A DNA stretch of 64,000 bases from Ruditapes philippinarum (Eukaryota), in contig NW_026861817.1 of the NCBI RefSeq assembly GCF_026571515.1, positions 1-64,000 on the forward strand. Reading direction: 5' to 3'. This document shows, piece after piece, positions 1 to 12,978 of this stretch. Each line of letters begins with the position of its first letter. Position 1 is the stretch's first letter. The translations under genes and the position numbers were made by a program. The notes under the pieces were generated by a model. It worked only from the letters and a program-made list of their open reading frames with translations. It had not been told where the DNA came from and did no database searches.

Positions 1-635
1 CTAACGGGGCTCTTATTTCATGAAATGAAACAGTATATTACGTTTCTGATTTCTTCACCAGAGACGGAGGTTTTTTTTTTCATTTGTATTTTTTTATATC
101 AACTGTATGAATTAAGATAGAAAACTACTCTGAATATTCGTGCACATTTCGTTATGAAATTTACTATTTTCGATATTCATGTTTGCTTCAAAACGTTCGC
201 AACGGTTTTGGCATGTCATATCCTCTTACATTCTCGTTTGACCGGCAAGTTGGTTTGTATGCAAAATCAAAGTAAAATACATATCTACTTCCGAAAATGC
301 TTAGAACTTGACCTATCCTTGAAGTTAGAGAACATTCGTGCATAACGGTTCTCTGTAGTTTGCAAACGCATGTCAGCAGCGTAGAGCTCAAAATTCCCTT
401 TCGGACAACGTCTCGTACAACGTGACGTGTGCATTAAGCCACAAACTTTACGATGAACTGACTTTGTTAGTGATCGCACTGGACTTACATTTCAATGCCA
501 TATTTAATATTTGGCGATTACTGGCTTTTTTTGCCGAAACAGATGTTCTACTCAGACTTATAAATATACACGAAATAGCGCACTTTTTGTGACAATGATT
601 TGTGCCCGATTGCAATGAATTGCAGTCATGCTTAA

Positions 636-1197
636 CCCATTACTTCATGAGCATTTTGTGAAAAATGGCTGTTTTCATTTACAAGTTCAAATTGCTATAA
701 AACGGCCTTTGTAACGACATGTTCAGTTTTAAATTTCCTGTTACCATGGCAACAAGGGGACATTCCAAAAATTGGCAAAAATCGCTATTTTGCGTTGATT
801 TTTTCCATCAAAATTGATTTCAAGGTGCTGCAATTTCTCAATGGATTGATATGGAGTCAAAGGCTTTTCAGCGTTGGTTATACGTTACCTTATGATCGAC
901 CAGGGGTCATTTTAAGCCTCTAACAAGTCCAAAAATTTTCTTGGCGATGAGGGGGACTACCGCCCCCCTTCAAACCCCCCAAACAGAAGGGGGCACATCC
1001 CCCTTCTGGCAACCCCCTGGAGTTTCTTTTAAATAAGGGGCGGCGCCAAAAAAGTGGTCACTTTTTAAAGCAACATTTCTCAAACACAACAAGTATATAA
1101 TGGGGGCGTAAATAGTGGTCAGATTTCCACCAATTGAGACAGCAAAAAGGGGGTGGGGTGAAAAAGGCGTTAAAAGGCTTGTGTATCTGGTAATGGG
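636..1197. mobile_element. piggyBac-like non-autonomous element (MITE)
   Basis: TTAA at 632-635 and 1198-1201 flank CCCATTAC...GTAATGGG inverted ends. A related right-end fragment lies at about 26313-26474. Confidence 0.7.
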
Positions 1198-1797
1198 TTA
1201 AAGCAGAAGACCTTAGCTGTTATGCAAAACAAAACATATAATTTTCGGCGCACCATTTCTGCTACAGTGATCATTGTTTCAGAACCATTAGAAGCCGTTC
1301 CTTGCACAAAAAATTCGCATGTAAATTTACCTTGAAATACACACGAAAACGCGAACATTTATAAGATACACTTTGTGACATTTATTTTCTCTCGATTGCA
1401 ATCAATCGCATATATTCTTAACGCAGGGGTATTAACTTTCTAACAAGACTTGTTATATAATAATCGCTGATTTATTGCCGTCACTGTGACTATTGTTTCA
1501 CAGCCAGTTGAATCTAAATTTCCGTCACATTTGTGCAGAAAATGGAGTTGTCGAAGTAATAGAAACAAGTATATTCTGGCAAGGCAAAACTCATACGTCT
1601 TTGTGTGAGACATATTTTCAATATTTCAAAAAAAAAAAAAAAATGCAGACGACAAAATTTTGTCATATGAATTCGCGAACGCAATTACAATGTATTTGGT
1701 AATGTTTTCGAACTAGTAACATGTGTTTTCTTATCTGTTTTATTATCATACCTTTTATCATGAGCAGAGATTACTTATGATAAGTTGTGTGAATTAA

Positions 1798-1852
1798 TCA
1801 TCATCATCATCATAGTCATCATCATCATCATCATCGTCATCATCATCATCAT
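1798..1852 (+). repeat. (CAT)n microsatellite
   Basis: Imperfect run of atcatcatc... Confidence 0.9.
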
Positions 1853-4800
1853 AGTACATATGATTCATCCCCATAACGTATCATAATCAATACTATAAAA
1901 ATAGACATTTTATTCACTGCTTACATAATATATCTGTTATTATAATGGATACGTAAGGAAGTATATCTCAGACAAATCACCAAAAGAATCTACGTTGAAC
2001 ATTTATATACTTCTTTTAGAGGTTTATCCAATGTTCCTTTCGCACTCCCTGGTTTTTATCGATACAAACAACGATTTCAACAACAACTACCTACATTTCA
2101 GTTTCCAATACAGACTGCTTCTGAATATTTCTTTACATTAAAATTTGAACAAGTAAACAAAAGTGGGGAATTGTTACCAAACATAAACGTACTCATGACA
2201 AAAAACTGTAATATTCATAACATTTTCGTCGCACAAAAATGTTTCTAGACGAAACATTTGTATTAGTTGTTTAAAACAAAGTCAAAATATTATGAAATAA
2301 TAGAGACGGAAATAATTTATACATGGTTTTAGAATAATGGTTCTTAGCCACTGCACTTTTTTCCCCAGATGTCATCTGCTATCTAAAGTTTCAAGTGAAT
2401 ACTTGAATGGATTTTGGGTCCATTTCTAGAAAAATAATCTGAAAATATTCAGGAATTTATAAAAGGGAAATAATTTCACAAGAGCTAGCAGTAGGACAGC
2501 TCGCTCGACTATTCTAAGTGCTTGATAGTAAAAGAGCCTTGATAATTTAAAATGATCTAAGTTAACAAGAGGGCCATTTCGTTCTTTAAATCTGTGTAAT
2601 AGTGAAAGGCCTTGGAGAGAGTCTTATTATGCTCTCAAAGAAGTTTATAAAATGGAATATGAAAATATTTGAGGTGGTATGCAAATTTTAATGTAAATTC
2701 TAAGTAACAAGAGAGGCATTATTCTGTCAAATGCTTGACCCCTCTTGTGAACAGATTAGGGGCATGATGGTGAACAAGTGTACAGAATCAAAGCCATATG
2801 TCAATGGACTTTGTAAATATTTGAGATGTTACAAAAACTTTAACGTAAATTCTAACTCGACAAAGGGGCATCACAACTCAGGAAGTACTTAAGTAAATGA
2901 GTTTAAACTGTAGATGTTCACCAGGACTTATACTTCTACCATGCTTCATTTTGATTTATATTTAGTTTTTTACCTTGAATTTATGTCTTTCTAGTGCGTT
3001 TCTAAAATGCAATTTAAATGTAGAAGTAATAGTGGGATAAATTTAAGTAGGTAAAATGTGCAGTGACTAAATAAACATGTTCCGTGTTAAACATTCCAAA
3101 AATCATACATGTCTAGCTTTATCATAAAGTAATAATACCTACATTGTATACTTTTTGAGGTATATAAAAGGAATGGGAAAGGAAACACAACCATTCCATT
3201 TACATTTTTAGAATTTATAATAATTAATATCATCATCATAATAGTTTTCGTTCTTATCATCTTCATCGCTACGATCTGCCTCTAGATTATCATCACAAAG
3301 GCAATCGCACTGTCACCATAGTACTGTCGTTCTCATAGAAAACGACTGGCCCTAAGTGATCACCGTACAGATGAACATTCGTTTGATTACAATCGTCACA
3401 TTGCGTTAACATTAAATTAATGAGGATATTTTTATATCTTAGTATAAAATGGTCAATTTTAATATCAGTAGTTTTACAATAAAGTTTAGAAATGGAAATA
3501 TTAGATACAAGGATGCTTAATATTCAACATTCTCTCTTCAGGTCATACTACTGTATTGTAACATGACCATCCATTGGCTGCAAAAAATGCAGAAAAACCC
3601 GTAAAATTCAATAGGACTTCAGGTGACTTTATGAAAATATGATGTTAACAAGTACGAAACTTATTGAAGAAACTTTCATTGTATTGTTTCGTAGGAAAAT
3701 AAACTGTTTCATAAGTATCTAGAATAGACTTTCATTTGGATATTTTTGCATTTTAAAAAAGGTATATATCAGTTCTGTGATCAGCAGAAAATTTCAGTAA
3801 AAGGGGGGTGATTATCTTTTGGGACATTTTGAGAACAATTTTGTCGGTCAAACCTATGTAACAAGATCATTTTTGGGAATGTCATTCTCATAGAAAGAAA
3901 AACACATCTTGAGCATAACTGCTCAATTTTAAGGTATATTTGAGCATCCTTTCTTATATTATGTCTATGGAAACAGTTAAACAATAGTCAGGCCAAGCAC
4001 AAAACCAAAACAGAGCTCTCGAGTTTCTGCAATAACAAAACAAAAGCAAAATAAAGAAATGACAAAAGCTCTCAATATCTCATCAAAATGTATTAAAAAT
4101 TGTTTTTAGCCTCATGTTAGTCTCAAGAAGTAAATGAGGAGAGTATAAGACCTTCCTCTGAATCTGCTGACGTGGATCAAGAAAAGTTGAAAAATTTTCA
4201 TCAGTGGCATTGCATTTTTCAAAAGGGGTAGGTTGAGGGGAAAGGGTTTGACATTTAACTAGTTTACCAGAGCGGGTCATATGTCAAGACATGTTTGCGT
4301 GATTTTCTCTAAAAGACGTTACAATTATCAAAAGCTTAGATCTTGACATTATATTTAATGGGTCAATTTTGTTATTTGTTGAGCGTGTATCGTGTTACTG
4401 GGCCGAAGGAACAGGACAGATGAGGGGTTTATCCGAACCCTTATCCTATTTATAAACAATTTATTTGTTTGTTTGTTTGATTTTACGCCCTTTCCCAAGT
4501 CATCGACTCTAACCCCTCGACCACGGAGTCAGTTAATTTACTAAAACAGAGTGATATATAATCAAAGAACCATTTATTTGCCGGTTATTGATGTAAGTTA
4601 TATGTTGCAAAATCAAGCACGTGTAACAGTTTCATGTTCATGTCTTGATACTGTGTATGAGTTAAAATGCCGTGGATATATATATTTAAACAGAAATACC
4701 GTAATAGTAAGGTTTATTGATACTAATGCATTAGGGGTCTGACAGAAAAGACTGAGAAATTGCGATTGCAAAATTACGAGATGAAACTTGACTATCTGAC

Positions 4801-6118
4801 CGACCTAATACATTTTCACCCGTAATTAATTAACAGAAATACTGAAAGACAACTCTACTCTCTAGTCTAAATCTTACTTTATTAAGCCATTACTGTCAGA
4901 ATCGATAGTGATTAGCTTACGTAATGAGACACAAATGTGCAGTGAAATTAAGCTATGTACTGTTGGTATAATTATATATTATGATATATTTTGAAGATCC
5001 GTTATTGTCAAAACAACTGTGCCAAATTAAAAGCTGAATAAATCTTTTATATACATTTAGCTGGTAATATGGTTAATTTTACTCATCCATTATAATTATA
5101 TATCATTGAGGTAACATATCCCCCTCAAATTACAAAGCAAAAATAACTGTGTAGGTTATTTATGTATTTTATAAAGTGTGTGTTCGTTCATACCCTTATT
5201 CATATAAAACAAATATATCATATTTCTTACATCTATAAATTGTTATTCCTTTCATTTTACATCAATATTGACAAATAGGGATGTCGATAATTTGTATACC
5301 AATATAATAATTTATAAATACTATTCAATATGTTCAATGACAGCCTAAAATACATTCATTCAATTTATGCTCATTTTTTCATTGTCAGGTGCAGCTACAC
5401 TGGCTGTGTATTTCTGAAGATTGACTGTATTAATTGTGATTGACCAACAGTTGATACCTTAAAATGTAAACAATAAAAATATCTACCTGAAATATAAAAG
5501 GCTATTCGCACTCTTTAAAACATTGAATATTACAGGTAAATTTCAAATTGATATTAACCGATATTTCAGTCATTTATCTTGCATGTGAAGTAAATTTAAA
5601 ATAAGCAAAATGTAATATTATTTTGATTTCATGTGTTAACTGACTAATTACCTTTTAATTGGCATATTGTCACTTTATTGGTTATAAGTTTAACGATAAA
5701 CTGTGTAAATTATTTAAAAATTACAGATATGTGAAAGAGAAAATGAAAGTTTATATGAGAAATCATAAAAATATTTCTTCGGAAAATAAAAAATATACTA
5801 AAACATAATGCACAATTGCAGAGTAGACATCGAAAAACAGGTTTAATAACCTTAGTTAGCTTCGTAACTTAAACTCTCTTGTAAACAAAATATAGATTTC
5901 ATGTAAATTAACTTCCGCGTTCCAAGTTGATCTAATAATTGTAGCAACGAAATGTAAAAAAATTAACCGATAACATTGAGATCGGGACAAGATGTTATGG
6001 CTTACATGAACATTTCATTTAGTTGAATCTGTTTTAAAGTCTGATTAGTGTCATTAAAATTTTAAGTATATGCACTGAAAATTGACCACAAATAAAGGCA
6101 ATATAATCGTTACACATA

Positions 6119-7843
6119 ATGGCAGATAATGGAAGTAAAATAGAAGAGGATGATGAAGTTCCTGGTCGTATGAAGGAAAATTTGTGCCGACCATGTTTAA
6201 GTAAGGATAAGAAAACTGTAGCTGACAAGTTTTGTTCAACTTGTTATGAGTTCCAATGTAACGATTGTTCAAATGTGCACAACGTGCTCGCCATCTTGAA
6301 AAATCATAACTTGGTGAGCGTGCAGGAAGCTAATGCTACAAAAAATTTGTTTAAAATGAAAAACTTAGATTTATGTGATCAACATCAAAATATTTTCGAA
6401 TACTTCTGTGAAGATCACAAGAAGCTCTGCTGCAGTAAATGTGCTATTGGTTATCACCGAAAATGTGTAAACGTTGTAGAAATTGAGAAGATTGCCGGAA
6501 AAATAGTCTCACAAATTTCTATCTTAGGGGAGAAATTGAAGGAAGCTAAACAATCTGCTGAGAGTATTGCGAGACATATTTGTTTTTCAAAAGATCAACT
6601 TGCTCAAGATATAAAAGAAATACATGTAGAGGTTAGACGAATGCGAGACGAAGTATTGAGAATGTTTGACGAGTTAGAAGATTCCGTCGCTAAGAGAGCT
6701 GAAACTCTTCAGAAAGAAAGATTGAAAACTCTGACAAAAAAACAAACTCAAAACGAGAAACATTTGGTTGATGTAACATCGTGCTTAGAGACGATTGAAA
6801 ACATCTTCAAAAATGGAACTCCAGTGCAGAAATATATAGCAGAACATAGCATGGAGAGTAACGTCAATGCTCTCTGCAGAAACATTAAGGAAGAGAAGAA
6901 TATGGAGAAGATGAACATTTCTTTTCAGTTTGACGATACACTAAAACTACCGCCATATCCAATTACTGTATATATTCCAGGGCAATTACAATCAAAGTTT
7001 AATCACCAGGAAGATCATAATTCTGTTAACATGGCGATGAAATTAACACCAGTTTTTGCTATTGATTTAAAAAAGACGAGAGATGATATCAAAGATCCTT
7101 TATATTCGGGTATAGATTTTCTACCTGATGGTAGACTGGTGGCTGTAGATAACAAAAACAAGAAATGTTTTTTGTACAATGAGAAGCTTGAGAAAGTAGG
7201 ATCATATCAGCTATCTTACAACCCATTATCTGTTGTTGTAGTATCCGAGGAGGAAGTAGCGATAACGAGTGGTAATAGATACAATATAGAATTTCTACAT
7301 GTCAGTAAATGTAATGAAATAACTTCAAGTAGGACATGTAACGTGAACACGAAATATTACTCTATATGTTTCAAAGATGATAGACAGTTTGTAGTAGGGA
7401 CAATTGATGAACCAATACCTGTTCGTATTGTATCATTGACAGGAGAGGAGCTTGATTTTAGTGTAAACTTTCCAAACAAGATATATTCTGTAGACAATAG
7501 CGATTGTACTTACATAAAGAGCAGTGATAAAATTGTGATTACAGATAGATACGAGCATACTGTCTACATATATGATATCAAGACAGACACAAGAGTCGTA
7601 GTGAAGGATGACCAGATACAGGAACCACGTGCTGCAGCAGTTGGTCCTTCTGACACTGTCCTGGTGTGTATTCCTAAAACAAACTCTATTGTACAGATAT
7701 CCCAAACAGGTCAGATCTTATCATCGCTCAAGTTAAATATGATAAATCCGTATAGAGTATGTGTCTCACGTGATAAATCATTTCTCGTTGTTACAAATGG
7801 TTGCAATGGGTATATGAAAATGGAGAAATTCAAAATATCGTAA
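6119..7843 (+). CDS. RING-less TRIM-like protein, copy 1 (B-box1, B-box2, coiled coil, NHL-like beta-propeller), 574 aa
   Basis: Intact ORF with CRPC..CSTC..CNDC..H (B-box1-like), CDQH..C.DH..CCSKC..H (B-box2), a helical region, and propeller blades such as GIDFLPDGRLVAVD and EPRAAAVGPSDTVLV. In-frame TAA 15 nt upstream of the ATG. Confidence 0.9.
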   Translation: MADNGSKIEEDDEVPGRMKENLCRPCLSKDKKTVADKFCSTCYEFQCNDCSNVHNVLAILKNHNLVSVQEANATKNLFKMKNLDLCDQHQNIFEYFCEDHKKLCCSKCAIGYHRKCVNVVEIEKIAGKIVSQISILGEKLKEAKQSAESIARHICFSKDQLAQDIKEIHVEVRRMRDEVLRMFDELEDSVAKRAETLQKERLKTLTKKQTQNEKHLVDVTSCLETIENIFKNGTPVQKYIAEHSMESNVNALCRNIKEEKNMEKMNISFQFDDTLKLPPYPITVYIPGQLQSKFNHQEDHNSVNMAMKLTPVFAIDLKKTRDDIKDPLYSGIDFLPDGRLVAVDNKNKKCFLYNEKLEKVGSYQLSYNPLSVVVVSEEEVAITSGNRYNIEFLHVSKCNEITSSRTCNVNTKYYSICFKDDRQFVVGTIDEPIPVRIVSLTGEELDFSVNFPNKIYSVDNSDCTYIKSSDKIVITDRYEHTVYIYDIKTDTRVVVKDDQIQEPRAAAVGPSDTVLVCIPKTNSIVQISQTGQILSSLKLNMINPYRVCVSRDKSFLVVTNGCNGYMKMEKFKIS

Positions 7844-8356
7844 TAATGACACAATCTTCTGTATCACACAGAAGATAAACGAAAATGTGTTTTTACACAA
7901 AGTTGTAATCGACTGAAACAACATTTTGTGAGTGACATGTTATGGATAGATCAAGGAAATAGTTTGATTTTCTATTGATAAAATATCATTTGTAATATAA
8001 TATATAGTATTTAAATTTATATCATATCGTTTTGTAGCTGTTCATAACAAGATTGACATGCAAAATAAAAAGATTTTTTAAGACCTTCAGCAAAACAAAA
8101 TGCAGTTAATGTATGCCTTGACAGACAGATTTAACATCGCTAACATCAGGACTGAACAACTCAATATTTTCAATAATTTCAAATGATATATTTAATTCTT
8201 TTTAGTCCCAGTGCCAGTTCTCTACCATTATAGTTATCTTACATACACATAATGTTGATAGAATAATTAAAAATTTGTAAATATCAATTTTGTCGATTTT
8301 TTCATCATTTTTGTGCAAATATTAGAGATATAATATCACTACGTTATTTTAATACC

Positions 8357-8532
8357 TTAAACCCTTATATCCTGCCTGACCAAGAGGGGATTAGTCTTTG
8401 CCACCAGATTGCAGCCACGCCAGCATGTACAGTCTGACCAGCTTTTTTCTATTCCAATATTGAGATGTTATACACTACAAATGGACTCTTAAAAACTAAT
8501 CCTTTTCTCGAATTAAGCATGTTCAGGATTAA
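8357..8532. mobile_element. Short TTAA-type MITE in the 3' flank of TRIM-like copies
   Basis: ttaaaccc..cctgcctga..ctttgccaccag..caggattaa. Homologues at about 15349-15543, 31545-31715, 47595-47841, 49270-49452 and 55678-55869, and a related element at 44956-45142. Confidence 0.6.
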
Positions 8533-8685
8533 TGAAAATAAAGTTTACACCAGTTTCTTGGCTTCAGGCTTCAGAATAAAATACATCATAATATATTAAA
8601 TATGTATAGAATAATTGTGATGCTAGAAAATGTATATATTTTTCTGTGTCTTTTTTATGTATGTATCATCATGCTGATCAGGTTG

Positions 8686-8691
8686 AATAAA
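8686..8691 (+). promoter_or_regulatory. Candidate polyadenylation signal of TRIM-like copy 1
   Basis: AATAAA in a conserved block (atcatgct...gaataaatata) followed by a GT-rich tract. Homologous positions: 15703, 32173, 48011, 49578, and ATTAAA at 56055. Confidence 0.45.
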
Positions 8692-9221
8692 TATAACAAT
8701 CCAGAGGTTTTTTTTATTTGTGTTTTATGTTTTTATTTCATTGTTTTATCTAAATATTAAGCAAATTTCTCCCGTAAAAAATCAAAAGAAACAAAAATAA
8801 TAATAAAGTTAAAAATATATCTCCTGGGTATATTGTTATATAACCTCAGATTTTTAAAAATGTCTTATACGTTTTAGTTCAAATCAGTCAGTCGATCAAT
8901 CTTTTATTTTATTCAGAATGAATTTAAAACATCAAACTGATTTCAACAATGCTAAATGAAAGGGAATAATCATAGGTTTTTGAAGCTTTCATATCACAGA
9001 AAAGACGTCAAAAGATAAATTTTAAAAAAGGCAAAATTTCATAAAGGTTAATACATTTATGCTTTTGTAGCATGCGTATTTAAAGTGTTGTAACAGGGAT
9101 GTATTTTTTCTATGGTGATCACATTTTGATAAAACATCTAGTATACAATATATTCAATAAACACTTTTTGCTGATAATGTGTACCCGTCTGGATATCATA
9201 TTCGTGTCATAGTATCGGGTA

Positions 9222-12200
9222 CAGGGAGTCGAACGTATAACCCTGCGATACTCCGTTAAGCGAGCTGAATTCATGCGAAACGGACTAATGGCCGACGAAA
9301 GCGAAAACGAAAGTAAATATGAGAATGTTTTTTCCCCCCAAATATTTGTTGTCTATTGTAATTTCTTGATGAAAAACATGCTGATCAGAACTTATGATTG
9401 TGCATGATCGTCAAAATAAAATACTACATTTTATATTATTGAGGAAGTTATTGAGGTATTTGTTGCTACATATTCAACCGTCAACCTGATATGCACATGC
9501 AAACGAATAATGTTTCAGTAGTTTTTTAACGAGATATTCGATCAGTTTAATTCCCAGCATGTTCATATTTAATGGCAAAACAATATACAAGAGTAATTTT
9601 CCAAATATATCCGAAAATATATAAATATTTCTAGTTTTCTTACTGTACGCCTAATATTTGGTCTGATAAACCAACTGTACGCAAACATTTTGGTGTGTTT
9701 TTCTGTAGCGACGAGGACTTCCTCATTACAGTACATACTTATTCAGTAATGATGAAATATCAAGTTTTTATGTTTGCCTGTTAAGCATCTGTAAATTAAA
9801 ATGTCATTTAAAACAACAGTGTCAATTAATGTATTATACTATGATATAGTTAATTTAAATATTCTTTTCTCACAAAGGTTGAATATTAAAAGTAGATAAA
9901 TTATTGCTCAGAAATTTGAGATTTTATCAAATAACCAATAGAAGCGATATAACTCGTTTTGTTTATGCCATTCACTCAGTAAAGGTTTTTATCATTTAAT
10001 AATGTTTTACGATTATTAATTACATACTTATGTTGTCAGAAAAAATAACTATAATTAAAACAGCAACATATGAAAAGTGGATCTACTATTGTATTACATG
10101 CACTGGCCGAAAAAACGCCTCCAATCGGTTCTTATGTTCATTCAATACATTGAGAAGCACATATCATAAATCGTGTTGTTGTTTGTTTTTGTATTCTTGC
10201 AACGAAAAAAAATACTGGTTTGATTTCCTCTATGGATTGAATGTTATATATTTTTTTCTAAGAAAATTAAAAGAAACATTCACAAATCCTATTAGATGGC
10301 CCATATTTATTTAATGTCATTGTGGCACTTCTTGAAAGAAGTACTACTTTTGCCTACATTCCTACTTTTTTGCCGTACTTCTACTGTTTTTACAAATATG
10401 TTAAGGTTCCTAAAGAGTCCTTCTACATGCTTCTGTTGATCTCTTATGCAAGCTAGTGCCTTTCTTAATGTGTGTGAACTGCCTAAGTGGCAAGTTAGAG
10501 TTAAATCAAAGGGCTGCAAGCTCTGTGGTATTTTCTGATTTATGCAATCTTAATCTTACTGTATATCTTATGTATTTTCCTGTATAAATCTATTTTTATG
10601 TACTATAATTCATCTTGCAGGACACCAGAGTTTGATACATGTATACAGAATTTTTCATAACTAGATTTGCATAAAAAATATTTATGTTCATTTTTCATGA
10701 CAGCCACACTTTATCCTTGCATATCGTGGCTACTTCCTTAACAAAGACACTAAAAAAAGAATTTAAAAAAGGGATGCCTCGACTGAGATTTGAACTCCAG
10801 ACCCCTCACACACTAAACGAGTGCTTTACGCCTGCATCACGGAGGAGTTGTACAAACTCTGATAAAATCAAGTTATTCTAAATTAAGAATTTCCATTGCA
10901 TTTCGGGTTTGTTATCCTTATTAATTTCGAGGTATTTTAATCAGGATAAACCTGTTGTATAAAATTGAAGTACATGTAAATAATAAGCGAAAATTTTCTC
11001 GCCCAAACAGTCCGACATGTAGAATCTATATATTCCACTACTCGGCAGTCATATTTATTTGTGTAGTATTCGGTAATCGACATCGCTAAAAATCGCATTT
11101 TCATTGATTAATATCACATTCATCCGCGTATTTTGCGATTGTGCATTTATAGACAATTATATAAGCCAACGCTTCTTTTAAACTTTGAATGTGTTGTAAT
11201 TCGTTGGAAAATTATATTTCTTTCTTTTACATCGCTAGTCTTAAAATAAGCGGTTTTGAGAACTACTTGTTGAGATTGAATGAGAGCTTTGTATTTACTG
11301 ATCTTCGATCAGATAATAAAGTAAAACATTTTGAGCTTGTATGTTGCATTTTATGTGAATGATATGCGCTGTAGAAAAAAAAACTAAGCTACAAATGTTC
11401 GCGGATTTGTTACATGCAAATTTTTCGCGGATACAAACATTCAACGCGAAAAACTCTAATTTAATAAGCGCGAAATATTTTCTAGGTATACATTATTGCC
11501 TAAACAATTCCAGGAGCAAAATCAAATGTCCGACATGTCATGAACGAAAGTGGAAAATAAACTACAAAATTAAATTGCATAGATTTTTCAGTAATAAAAT
11601 ATACTACAGAACAAAAACTTAACACAAATTCCATGATCAAAAGGAAAAATAAATCACAAACAAGACTCGTGTAGTAGAAAAGGGCGACACATTTTTGTGA
11701 ATGAAGATACAGTAACTATGAACGATGTTAAAAATTGAGAAATGACAAGAAATATACTTATCTTAGACTTTAGAGTAAAGGTTACTTTTTCCAACTCCTA
11801 ATTATCACGGGTATGTATCTAATTATTAAAATTAAGTTCAAATAGTAACACTTATATAGATGGTGATACAAAACTTTTAATTGAAGTAAATCCTTAAGGA
11901 AAGAAGAAGATATAAACACCTTTTTCAGAAATCCGGAAACGGACACATATATGGTAGTATAATCTTAGTATAATCATAGGAAAACATGAACAACAGATGT
12001 GATAATGAAAAAAATGTTAAACCTTTAAAAACGTACAATTATTTTATCGCACCAAAACCCAGCGTACACTTAAGTATTTTGACCATTAAGTGGCTATGTA
12101 TGTCGGAACACAAAGGTACTTGCTATGCAACTCAATTATGATGACCCTTTATAGAATAAAGAAGCAAAAATAATTAACTATATTAATATTATAAGATTGC

Positions 12201-12479
12201 TTTAGGCGAATTTATTCACCGACACAAAATCAGTTGCCGTCAGTTTACCTTCAATAACTTTTTTAAGTATGAATTTAAGCCTCTGTTATTTTGATGAAAT
12301 ATGTGTCGGTCCTATCTTCACATCTTTAATACAAAACCTGCAATTGTTATGAAGATTCATAATTAATAAAATACACTCACTCTGATGTGTGTTTACACGA
12401 ATAAAACAGCCATTAGTCCGTATCGCATGATTTCGCCTCGCTTAAAGGAGTATCGCATCGCTATAAGTTCGACCCCCTA
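9222..12479. mobile_element. 3.26-kb non-autonomous TIR DNA transposon (Tc1/mariner-like by TA TSD)
   Basis: About 70-bp imperfect TIRs (cagggagtcgaacgtataa...ggactaatggc / gccattagtcc...ttcgacccccta), TA on both sides, and a paralogous empty site at about 57268-57480. No transposase ORF. Confidence 0.75.
10772..10850 (-). repeat. tRNA-like (A/B box) segment inside the TIR element
   Basis: Minus strand reads ctccgtgatgcaggcgtaaagcac...gagttcaaatctcagtcgagg, then a T run. Degenerate, no intact cloverleaf. Confidence 0.4.
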
Positions 12480-12978
12480 TAGTTATATGTTTCAGTAAAT
12501 GCTTCAGTTTATTTTCACTGTATGTGTTACAATAGTATGTGCTTGAAACCTTATCTTATTTATGCCACGATATTTTGAACATGTCTTTGCTGATAAGTAC
12601 CAAAAATATTTCTTGTACTCGTTGCAAGGCTTCAAAAATTTATCCATACTTTATCCAAATTTTGTTTAAATGTTGCATACAGGTGACATTTAAGGCAAAT
12701 AACTGTCCTATATTGTCAATTTTACAGTTCCTTATAGTGCCAATTAGGGGTGTACTACCTTAAGTTCATGCCCGATAAGCTCCAAGGTTACTCAAAATAT
12801 TGAGAAAAAAAGTGGAGAGTGGCCGGCCACAGGGCAATTGTTTCGTAGAAAGGAACGAGAATGTGATTGCTTTCGTTTCCGCCTCAACTTCAAAAATGAG
12901 GCTTGGGTATAGTTACATGATCCAGTATTGACCTCGAAATTAATTTCACAAATAGGGACAATATAATTGTTACACAAA

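Noticed and set aside
2160-2470. Similarity to about 59850-60120 suggesting a 57-kb higher-order repeat
   Set aside because: Short and divergent, and it looks like a dispersed HINE-type repeat; the flanks do not extend the match.
3781-4280. Short minus-strand ORFs with coding-like composition
   Set aside because: No recognisable motif or consistent splice structure.
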